Shown: in pieces, positions 18,668 to 26,408 of the stretch
Layout of the letters: each line of letters starts with the position of its first letter
How positions within the stretch are numbered: position 1 is the stretch's first letter
Source: Thermodesulfobacteriota bacterium
Lineage (GTDB): Bacteria > Desulfobacterota > Desulfobacteria > Desulfobacterales > UBA2156
Assembly: GCA_040753295.1 (NCBI GenBank)
Contig: JBFMEI010000001.1
Location: 1 to 34,351, forward strand
Direction: 5' to 3'
Length of the DNA stretch: 34,351 nt
Notes under the pieces: generated by a model
What the model was told of the DNA's origin: nothing
Seen by the model: the letters and a program-made list of their open reading frames with translations, nothing else
The model's database searches: none
Made by a program: the position numbers and the translations under genes

Positions 18668-19162
18668 ATGACGGATCCGTTTCAGCCCCGGCACCCGGAC
18701 ATCACAGAACAGATGTGGGAAAAAATCGATGCCGTTATCCATATGAACCGGAATAAAAAAGGCTCTGTGATTACGGTGTTAAGAGAGTGTCAGACGGTCG
18801 TCGGCTATCTGCCTGTCGAGTTGATGAATCATATCGCAAAAAATTTGCACCTGTCGAGCAGCGAAGTCTTCGGAGTCGCCTCTTTCTACTCTCTGTTCTC
18901 CTTTGTTCCAAAAGGCAGGCATACCGTCAAAGTATGTCTGGGGACAGCCTGCTACGTAAAAGGGATAAAAGAGGTGGTCAGCAGGATCTCCTATGAATAC
19001 AAAATCAAGGAAGGGGAAACTACCGGGGATCGCAGATTTTCAATGGAAGGCGTCAGATGCCTGGGGGCTTGCGGGCTTGCCCCGGTCATGGTGGTAGATC
19101 ATGACACGCATGGGGCCATCAGTGCCGATAAGGTGATCACTATCCTGGAAAGATATAAATGA
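18668..19162 (+). CDS. NuoE/HydC-like [2Fe-2S] thioredoxin-fold subunit
   Basis: VCLGTACYVKG ... RCLGACGLAPV four-Cys pattern and ASFYSLF. RBS GGAGAA. Confidence 0.88.
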   Translation: MTDPFQPRHPDITEQMWEKIDAVIHMNRNKKGSVITVLRECQTVVGYLPVELMNHIAKNLHLSSSEVFGVASFYSLFSFVPKGRHTVKVCLGTACYVKGIKEVVSRISYEYKIKEGETTGDRRFSMEGVRCLGACGLAPVMVVDHDTHGAISADKVITILERYK

Positions 19163-19213
19163 CGGATTTTCTGCAGCAGAAAAGCCGGATACCGAACTTG
19201 TGGGAGTGACTCA

Positions 19214-21001
19214 ATGACGAAAATCAGGACTGAGGTAATGCTTTGCGGAGGGACCGGATGCCATTCCACCGGTAGCCGGGCTCTGAAACAGGCGCTGAAT
19301 GAAGAATTGATACGCAAGGGATTGGGTGATGAAATCCGGGTGATTGAAACCGGATGCAACGGATTCTGCGCTGTGGGACCGGTTATGCTGATTCAGCCTG
19401 AAGGGGTTTTCTATCAGAGACTTAAAGTTGAAGATATTCCGGAATTGGTGGATCAGCACTTTTTAAAAGGGAAACTCCTGACACAGCGCCTATATGTGGA
19501 TCCGGCCAAAAAGAAAGTCATCCCCTTGATGAAGGAGATCCCCTTTTTTTCAAACCAGATGTTTTGGGTGATGCGAAACAAAGGTGTGATCAACCCCGAA
19601 GTCATTGATGAATATATCGGGAGAGGCGGATATTTTGCCGCCGCCAAGGCATTGAAAGAGATGACGCCGGAGGGGATCATTTCAGAAGTCAAACTCTCAG
19701 GATTGAGAGGCCGCGGCGGCGCCGGATTTCCTACAGGGTTGAAGTGGGAATTTGCCGGAAAGAGTCCGGGGGATGTGAAGTATGTGCTCTGCAACGCCGA
19801 CGAAGGAGATCCCGGAGCGTTTATGGACCGGAGCATTTTAGAGGCGGATCCTCATGCGGTTTTGGAAGGAATGGTGATCGCGGCAAAGGCCATCAATTCC
19901 CATCAGGGATATATCTACTGCAGAACCGAATATCCCCTCGCAATTCACCGTCTTGAGATTGCCATCCGCCAGGCCAGGGATTACGGATTGCTGGGGAACG
20001 ACATTCTGGGATCGAAATTCGATTTTGATATTGAAATTTACCAGGGGGCCGGTGCTTTTGTATGCGGCGAAGAGACGGCCCTGATGAGATCCATTGAAGG
20101 AAAACGGGGGATGCCCCGTCCTCGTCCGCCCTTCCCGGCCCATAAAGGATTGTGGGAAAAACCGACGATTTTGAATAACGTGGAGACCTTTGCCAATGTT
20201 GCCCAGATCATCGCCAATGGAGGGAAGTGGTATTCAAGCGTCGGAACAGAAACAAGCAAAGGAACCAAAGTGTTCGCCATTTCCGGAGACGTCAATAATA
20301 TCGGACTGGTTGAAGTTCCTATGGGAACCACTTTAAGGACTCTTATCTTTGATATCGGGGGTGGGATTCCGGATAAGAAAAAATTCAAGGCGGTTCAATT
20401 GGGCGGCCCTTCCGGAGGATGTGTTCCTGCCCAGTATCTGGACACCCCGGTCGATTATGAGGAAATCGCCAAGATAGGGGCCATCATGGGATCCGGCGGG
20501 GTAATCGTCATGGATGAAAACACCTGCATGGTGGACATGGCCCGCTTTTTCATGGATTTCATTCAGGATGAATCCTGTGGAAAATGCACGCCGTGCCGGG
20601 AAGGGACGCGGCGAATCCTCGAGATCCTGAAGCGGATCTGTGACGGAAATGGGAATCCGGAAGATATTGAAACCCTTGAAGCCCTCTCCGCAACAATCAA
20701 GGAGGCGTCTTTGTGCGGGCTTGGGCAGACAGGACCGAATCCGGTTCTCTCGACATTAAGATACTTCAGGGAAGAATATCTCGCCCATATCCATGAGAAG
20801 CGATGCCCTGCCAAGCGATGCGTCCCGCTTCTCAAATTTGAAGTGGATGCCGAGGCATGTAAAAAATGCGGATTATGCTTCAAAAGCTGTCCGGCAGAAG
20901 CCATTTCGTGGAAAAAGAAGGAAACCGCTGTGATCGATAAAAGCAAATGTATTAAATGCATGACCTGTTTTGAAAAATGTAAATATGATGCGATATTTTG
21001 A
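19214..21001 (+). CDS. NuoF/HydB-like NAD(H)-binding FMN flavoprotein with N-terminal [2Fe-2S] and C-terminal 2x[4Fe-4S] domains
   Basis: N-terminal CGGTGCHS...GCNGFCAVGP, GLRGRGGAGFPTGLKW (FMN/NADH), ESCGKCTPCREG (N3 cluster), and C-terminal CKKCGLCFKSCP and CIKCMTCFEKC. Confidence 0.9.
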   Translation: MTKIRTEVMLCGGTGCHSTGSRALKQALNEELIRKGLGDEIRVIETGCNGFCAVGPVMLIQPEGVFYQRLKVEDIPELVDQHFLKGKLLTQRLYVDPAKKKVIPLMKEIPFFSNQMFWVMRNKGVINPEVIDEYIGRGGYFAAAKALKEMTPEGIISEVKLSGLRGRGGAGFPTGLKWEFAGKSPGDVKYVLCNADEGDPGAFMDRSILEADPHAVLEGMVIAAKAINSHQGYIYCRTEYPLAIHRLEIAIRQARDYGLLGNDILGSKFDFDIEIYQGAGAFVCGEETALMRSIEGKRGMPRPRPPFPAHKGLWEKPTILNNVETFANVAQIIANGGKWYSSVGTETSKGTKVFAISGDVNNIGLVEVPMGTTLRTLIFDIGGGIPDKKKFKAVQLGGPSGGCVPAQYLDTPVDYEEIAKIGAIMGSGGVIVMDENTCMVDMARFFMDFIQDESCGKCTPCREGTRRILEILKRICDGNGNPEDIETLEALSATIKEASLCGLGQTGPNPVLSTLRYFREEYLAHIHEKRCPAKRCVPLLKFEVDAEACKKCGLCFKSCPAEAISWKKKETAVIDKSKCIKCMTCFEKCKYDAIF

Positions 21002-21084
21002 TGGGCGGTGTCAGTCGGTTTAAAATGGACCGCAACAAAGGCAGATGCGGTTTTGTTTCGTGAATCACTAACCGGAGTCGTCTT

Positions 21085-23169
21085 ATGGTGGAAGCGCTTT
21101 TTTTAATGGGTGGACTTGGACTGGTTATCGGATGCGGGCTTGCCGTAGCTTCAAAAGTTTTTTATGTTTATGTGGACCCGAAAATTCTTGAAGTTGAATC
21201 GGCATTGCCTGGAGCCAACTGCGGAGGCTGCGGGATGCCCGGATGTTCTGCGAATGCCGAGGCCATTGTGGCCGGTAAATCATCTCCCGGCTCCTGTGTT
21301 GCGGCAGGCCCGGAAGTATCCGAAGCTATTGCAAAAATCATGGGCGTTTCCCTGGAGGCCAAAGAGCCGGATATTGCAAAACCCGGATGCACTTACGGTG
21401 TTGACGAAGCGGATCTGAAATTCAATTATGAAGGCCTGAAAGACTGCCGTGCAGTTGCGCTGCTTGGCGGCGGAATGAAAGTCTGCCGAATCGGCTGCCT
21501 CGGGCTGGGGACCTGTGCACGGGCCTGCCCTTTTAACGCCATTGCCATGGGACCCCAGGGACTTCCGGTGGTGGATGCAAAACGCTGCACAGGATGCGGA
21601 ACGTGTGAACGGGTCTGTCCGAAACATATCATCAATATGTCCTCGGTGACCCGGCGGATATTGCGGGAGTATACGACTGAGGAATGCACTACGCCTTGCC
21701 AGCGGGCATGCCCGGCAGGAATCGACATCCGGGAATATATCCTCCAGATCTCCAGAGGAGACTATGAGCGCTCGGTTCAGGTGATTAAAGAACGAAACCC
21801 CTTTCCCACCGTCATTGGAAGGATTTGCCCAAGGCCCTGCGAGACGGATTGCCGACGGAAATATGTAGATGAACCGGTGGCCATCAACTGTCTGAAACGA
21901 TATGTGGCGGATGTCGAAAAGGAAAAGGGGGAAAGGATTCTTCCTTACAAGGCGCCTTCAACCGGACGGAAAATCGCAGTCATCGGCGGCGGTGCAGAAG
22001 GGTTGAGCACCGCCTTCTTTTCAGCCAGGCTGGGGCATGTGCCGACGGTTTTTGAAGCAACATCAAACACCGGCGGACTCCTGAGAACCGCCATTGCAGC
22101 ATATCGACTTCCATCCGAAATCCTGGATTGGGATATTGAGGGGATCAAAGAGATGGGAGTTGAAATCAAAACCGGCACCCCCTTGGGAGGCAAAGTCTCA
22201 ATGGCCTCCCTTTTCAGGGAGGGCTTTCAAGCGATATTTCTTGCCTCCGGAGGCTGGGACAGCCGGCTCACGCGGGGAAAAGACGCTGATCGGGAAGAAC
22301 CGGTTCCGGGGATGATTCTGCTGATTGATTTTTTAAAGAACCGCTCGAGCGACCGGATGCAGCAGGCCTGCAGGGGGAACGTCGTGATTGCGGGTGGAGG
22401 GGCGTTGGCCCTGGATGCCGCATTGGCTTGTAAAAAAGGGGGAGCAAAAGACGTCACCATCGTGTTAAGAGAGCCGATGGAAAACCCGGTCTTCCGGAGG
22501 TCTCATATCAACCAGGCTCAAAAAGAAGGGATTCGTCTCTTGTTTGATTCCGGGATTCGTCGAATCATCGGGGAGGGGGAGCACCTCACTTCCGTGGAAT
22601 CGGTCTGCATCAGTGAGGAGACCGTAGAAGACTTGCCGGCTCAGACCCTTATTATTGCTTCGGGTCGGTTTCCCGAACTCATTTTAACCCAATCAATAAA
22701 TGACCATGAGGGGTCCGGGGAATTTCGGATTCCGAATTCCGAACTTCCTGTAAAGTGGGAGGGAATCCCGCCTTATAAGAATCCGGAACATTATGGCCGG
22801 ATCGGGATCCTTGCAAAAGGAGATGAGTTGAGCGATTTTTCAGCGATGATAAAAGCCATCGGGGCGGGCCGCAGGGCTGCAGCATCGATCCATCAGATGA
22901 TGTATTCCATTCTTCCCTCCTTACCGGATCGGGTTTTGACTCCGGATTCAGACATCCAGAATCTTTTCAGTCTATCCGGGGTGACATTGAAGACTCGGCA
23001 GATCATGCCGCTTTCATCATCCGGTGAACTGGAAAAAGGGATTGAAATTGAGAAAGGATTTACCCGGGATATGGCGCAAGCCGAGGCAGATCGATGTCTC
23101 CAATGCGGACTGATTTGTTACAAGCGATCAGAGGATGAACCAAAGGAAGGATCGGCGGCGGGAGAATAG
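21085..23169 (+). CDS. Fusion protein: membrane-anchored RnfB-like Fe-S module + GltD/NfnB-like NAD(P)H:FAD oxidoreductase
   Basis: N-terminal TM (LFLMGGLGLVIGCGLAVA). RnfB cluster domain PGANCGGCGMPGCSANAEAIV...GSC. Two ferredoxin motifs (CLGLGTCARACP, CTGCGTCERVCP). GltD signatures CQRACPAGIDIREY and GRICPRPCETDCRR. Dinucleotide folds KIAVIGGGAEGL and VVIAGGGALALD. Confidence 0.85.
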   Translation: MVEALFLMGGLGLVIGCGLAVASKVFYVYVDPKILEVESALPGANCGGCGMPGCSANAEAIVAGKSSPGSCVAAGPEVSEAIAKIMGVSLEAKEPDIAKPGCTYGVDEADLKFNYEGLKDCRAVALLGGGMKVCRIGCLGLGTCARACPFNAIAMGPQGLPVVDAKRCTGCGTCERVCPKHIINMSSVTRRILREYTTEECTTPCQRACPAGIDIREYILQISRGDYERSVQVIKERNPFPTVIGRICPRPCETDCRRKYVDEPVAINCLKRYVADVEKEKGERILPYKAPSTGRKIAVIGGGAEGLSTAFFSARLGHVPTVFEATSNTGGLLRTAIAAYRLPSEILDWDIEGIKEMGVEIKTGTPLGGKVSMASLFREGFQAIFLASGGWDSRLTRGKDADREEPVPGMILLIDFLKNRSSDRMQQACRGNVVIAGGGALALDAALACKKGGAKDVTIVLREPMENPVFRRSHINQAQKEGIRLLFDSGIRRIIGEGEHLTSVESVCISEETVEDLPAQTLIIASGRFPELILTQSINDHEGSGEFRIPNSELPVKWEGIPPYKNPEHYGRIGILAKGDELSDFSAMIKAIGAGRRAAASIHQMMYSILPSLPDRVLTPDSDIQNLFSLSGVTLKTRQIMPLSSSGELEKGIEIEKGFTRDMAQAEADRCLQCGLICYKRSEDEPKEGSAAGE

Positions 23170-23225
23170 CCATACCGCTATTTCCTGAAATCGATCCCGC
23201 CGTGTTGAAAAATTAGGGAACGGAT

Positions 23226-23681
23226 TTGACCACCGAAGAAGGTATTGTCATTTCAAGAGACGGTTCAAATGCCCGGGTAAGAACCCAAAAGACCGAGGCA
23301 TGTCGATCGTGTGCCGCGAAAAGTGCGTGCACGACGCTCGGAGGCGGGAAGGAGATGGAAGTGGATGCAGCCAATCAAGCGGGCGCGGTGGAAGGGGATC
23401 GTGTGCTCATCGGCTTTGACACCTCCTCGATGATGAAAGCCTCTTTTCTGATCTATCTGTTTCCTATTTTCAGTATGATTCTGGGAGGTTTTATCGGACA
23501 GAGTCTTGCTCCTGCCTTTAACGGGAATGAGACCCACTTCTCGGTTGCAGGGGCAGCGACATTTGTCATCGCAGCCTTTTTACTTATCCGGATTATCGGA
23601 AAGCGCCTCTCTCATCGGGAAAGCTACATTCCGAAAATCATTCGAATCCTCAACACGCCTGGAGTTTCCGAAAAACGGTAA
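23226..23681 (+). CDS. rseC: RseC/MucC-family membrane protein
   Basis: N-terminal EGIVISRDGSNARVRTQKTEACRSCAAKSAC (Cys-rich OB-like part) followed by two hydrophobic helices. TTG start. Confidence 0.75.
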   Translation: MTTEEGIVISRDGSNARVRTQKTEACRSCAAKSACTTLGGGKEMEVDAANQAGAVEGDRVLIGFDTSSMMKASFLIYLFPIFSMILGGFIGQSLAPAFNGNETHFSVAGAATFVIAAFLLIRIIGKRLSHRESYIPKIIRILNTPGVSEKR

Positions 23682-23715
23682 AGCCGGTTTTAAAACCCTA
23701 ATGGGATCCGGAGAG

Positions 23716-24177
23716 TCACTTCTTCGGGTAGTATTTTTCGATGATTTCCAGTACATCGCTTTTCGGAGCAACCACGATATCAACGGTCATCTGAACCACT
23801 GACTTCAGGCCTTCTACAGCACCTGTATCGAGGGGGTTGCTCATGGCGATGGTCAGGCGTCTATTCTTAACAAAAATGGGAACGATCCTGTTTTCTTTGG
23901 CCATGGATGCGGGAATCAGATCAAGAGTTTCATCGGAAATGGAAATATTTCTAAGGCGCATATAAGGGATTTTGAACTGCTGGGAAAGGGCTTTTGCGAT
24001 TACCGTATCGTCGACGATTCCCAGATCGACCAGAATCTCACCGATCTTCTTATTCTGAGTTTTCTGAAGTTCAAGGGCATACTCCAATGTTTGTTGATTG
24101 ATAAGGCCGGAAAGGATTAAGTATTCACCGAGTTTGAGCCGTTTTTTACCGCCCTTTTCTTTATCCTGGTCCTTCAT
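23716..24177 (-). CDS. Stand-alone MshEN / T2SS-E N-terminal domain protein (candidate c-di-GMP receptor)
   Basis: Tandem 24-residue motifs KLGEYLILSGLINQQTLEYALELQ and KIGEILVDLGIVDDTVIAKALSQQ, separated by 5 residues, then a GspE_N-like fold. No ATPase domain. The start is placed at the second ATG, 5 nt after AAGGAG. Confidence 0.75.
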   Translation of the reverse strand: MKDQDKEKGGKKRLKLGEYLILSGLINQQTLEYALELQKTQNKKIGEILVDLGIVDDTVIAKALSQQFKIPYMRLRNISISDETLDLIPASMAKENRIVPIFVKNRRLTIAMSNPLDTGAVEGLKSVVQMTVDIVVAPKSDVLEIIEKYYPKK

Positions 24178-24291
24178 CATCACTCCTTTTTTGCAGACGT
24201 TTCCGGATGCCGCAGAGTCCGTGGAGATGGTTCGCATGTTTCATCATCATTTGATCCCTCAATCCGAGTGAATCGGAGCGTCTTTTTTTTG

Positions 24292-25242
24292 TCACTTCAA
24301 AACACCCCCGGACACGCGGTTTCTTCCCTCTTGCTTGGCTTCATAAAGAAATCGATCCGCCTGGTTGATTATCATTTCCGGGGAAATCCATTCCAAAGAA
24401 AAGGAGGGATCGAAGCCGGTCACACCGAAGCTGGAGGTGATGAAAAGCGTTTTGCCGTCGATTTGGATTGCTGTTTTTTCGATTTCCGCTCTCAGCCGTT
24501 CTGCGACAAGCAACGCATTTTCGAATGAAGTCTCCGGGAGAACGACGATAAATTCTTCACCTCCGAATCGAACCACCCAGTCGACGCGATTTCGGATAGG
24601 TGTCGACAGGGAACGTACAAAATTTTTTAATACCGCATCTCCCACGAGATGGCCATGGGTGTCGTTGATCCGTTTAAAATGATCGATATCGCAAAGGACC
24701 AAGGAAAAAGGGCGTCGATATCTTCTTGCTCTTAAAATTTCGTGAGGGAGGTGTTCGTTGAGATAACTCCGGTTGTAACATCCGGTCAACGGATCGATTC
24801 GGGAAAGCTTTTGAATTTCCTCATTGGCTTTTTTCAGGGACTTTTCCAGAGTAATGATCCGGATTCCGGTTTGGATTCTGGCTTTCAATTCGGCATTATG
24901 GAAAGGTTTGGTGAGATAGTCATCAGCGCCGGCTTCAAGTCCCTCAATGATATCCGATTTCAAATCTTTTGCCGTAAGAAGGATGATGTAAATATATCCT
25001 GAAAAATTCCCCTGTCTTAACGCTTTACACAATGTGAGGCCATCCATTTCCGGCATGATCCAGTCGCTTAAAACAATTGGAAAGAATCGTTTCTGAAGAT
25101 TTTCCAGAGCGGCTTGTCCATTTTCGACTGAAAATACCTCAAAGCCTGCTTTGGTCAGACTTTTCTCCAATATTTTCCTGGAGACCGGGCTGTCCTCAAC
25201 AATTAAAATCGGAAAATCGCTTAAAGAGATCTTGGTTTCCAT
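24292..25242 (-). CDS. Response-regulator diguanylate cyclase (REC-GGDEF)
   Basis: REC: ILIVEDSPV...VLSDWIMPEMDG...TKPF. GGDEF: DPLTGCYNR, LCDIDHFKRIND and RFGGEEF. The position of the RxxD I-site reads NRVD. Confidence 0.9.
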   Translation of the reverse strand: METKISLSDFPILIVEDSPVSRKILEKSLTKAGFEVFSVENGQAALENLQKRFFPIVLSDWIMPEMDGLTLCKALRQGNFSGYIYIILLTAKDLKSDIIEGLEAGADDYLTKPFHNAELKARIQTGIRIITLEKSLKKANEEIQKLSRIDPLTGCYNRSYLNEHLPHEILRARRYRRPFSLVLCDIDHFKRINDTHGHLVGDAVLKNFVRSLSTPIRNRVDWVVRFGGEEFIVVLPETSFENALLVAERLRAEIEKTAIQIDGKTLFITSSFGVTGFDPSFSLEWISPEMIINQADRFLYEAKQEGRNRVSGGVLK

Positions 25243-25308
25243 TTATGTTTAGACGGTGCAAATTCAATTCTGTTTCAGATGAAATGCATGGGGTTCTATC
25301 CGATGATT

Positions 25309-25626
25309 TCAATTTCTAATCTGTTTTGAAAGAAGATTCAGTTCATCATTAAGGGCTCTGGACGATTCGAGGAGAATAATAAATCGGTTATTTTTTGCAT
25401 CGACTTCCATTTGTTTTGCAAGCTCATGAATCTTTGTGAATCCGAGGTTGCCGGCTGCGCCCTTGATGGAATGGATGGCTTTTGCCGCCTTCATCGCGTC
25501 ATTATTTTCTATGGCCTTAAAAATTGTTGTCAAATCTGCAGAGGCGGTTTCAATAAAAAGCTCGGCGAGTTCCATGAATTCTTCCAGTTCAAAACCCAGA
25601 TCATCGGCTAAGGCTTGAAAGTCCAT
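25309..25626 (-). CDS. Single-domain Hpt phosphotransfer protein
   Basis: HSIKGAAGNLG phospho-His motif. ATG 25626 is preceded by GGAGGA. The track start (GTV 25650) is probably too far upstream. Confidence 0.82.
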   Translation of the reverse strand: MDFQALADDLGFELEEFMELAELFIETASADLTTIFKAIENNDAMKAAKAIHSIKGAAGNLGFTKIHELAKQMEVDAKNNRFIILLESSRALNDELNLLSKQIRN

Positions 25627-25642
25627 CAATCCTCCGACAGTT

Positions 25643-25856
25643 GGTATCACCTAAATTATCGCTCAATTTAGGTATCATAAGGTCAGATCAGCTCCGTTCC
25701 TGTCCGGAGCATGATGCAGCCCCCGGAAATCGAATAGAATCACTTAGAGAATGCATAAAATAATCACTGGTTGTAAGAAGATAGGTATCTGATTGGATTG
25801 ATAAATGCAATTAAAATCCTTGATGAGGACAAATTTATTTGTTATCATGATACCTA
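25643..25856. repeat. Repeated (T)AGGTATCA(T) motif plus a 9-bp inverted repeat in the divergent Hpt/PilZ control region
   Basis: TAGGTATCAT at 25669-25678 (+) and 25847-25856 (-). TAGGTATC at 25782-25789. GGTATCAC at 25643-25650. ACCTAAATT (25649-25657) and AATTTAGGT (25665-25673) form an inverted repeat. Confidence 0.6.
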
Positions 25857-25865
25857 TATGTGAAA

Positions 25866-26408
25866 ATGCCGCCGATGATTCTTTTCGCAAAACAGCCCCT
25901 GGGAGCATCAGTGGACAACGGCACAAAAAGAGAAAAAGTTTTCATCTCTTCCGATAACCGGGCAACTTTTATCTGCCCGAAGTGCTCCCGCTCCAGAACC
26001 GAAGATGTCTCAAAATACCTGAAGACCCTAGGAGAGATTAAGGTTAAGATCCAATGTAAATGTGGAAATCTTTTCAATGCAGTTATCGAGAGAAGGCGAT
26101 TCTTTAGAAAAAAGACCGATTTTTCAGGAGTTTTCACAAAGGAGAGCGACGGATATACCGGAACTGCATCGATTCTGGATTTATCCAAAAGCGGATTGCG
26201 GTTTCGAGTCAGCAGAAGAGAGAAACTTTCAGTGGGAGATCGGCTTACTATTCAATTTCATCTTGATGACCCGGCCCGGAATCTGATTACAAAAAAAATT
26301 GAAATTAAAACAATAACCGGTAACAACATCGGGGTTCAGTTTCTTTCCGAGGATCAGACCGATTCATCCGACAAGGCGATCAGGTTCTATCTCTTCGGTA
26401 TCATTTAG
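25866..26408 (+). CDS. Zn-ribbon + PilZ domain protein (c-di-GMP receptor)
   Basis: CPKC...CKC putative zinc ribbon. PilZ motifs RRFFR (RxxxR) and DLSKSG (DxSxxG) lie about 23 residues apart. The start is uncertain (GTG 25860, ATG 25866 or ATG 25875). Confidence 0.78.
   Translation: MPPMILFAKQPLGASVDNGTKREKVFISSDNRATFICPKCSRSRTEDVSKYLKTLGEIKVKIQCKCGNLFNAVIERRRFFRKKTDFSGVFTKESDGYTGTASILDLSKSGLRFRVSRREKLSVGDRLTIQFHLDDPARNLITKKIEIKTITGNNIGVQFLSEDQTDSSDKAIRFYLFGII

Noticed and set aside
20999-21107. Possible selenocysteine (UGA) read-through at the end of the NuoF-like gene, considered because selB is present.
   Set aside because: Read-through gives only about 35 unremarkable residues ending at a TAA. 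It is out of frame with the next gene. I saw no convincing SECIS-like hairpin directly after the TGA.
24263-24290. Hairpin TCCGA-N5-TCGGA followed by T8 on the plus strand, between the GGDEF and MshEN genes.
   Set aside because: Both neighbouring genes are on the minus strand, where the run reads as A8 before the hairpin. The stem is only 5 bp. It is therefore not a credible terminator separating the two genes.
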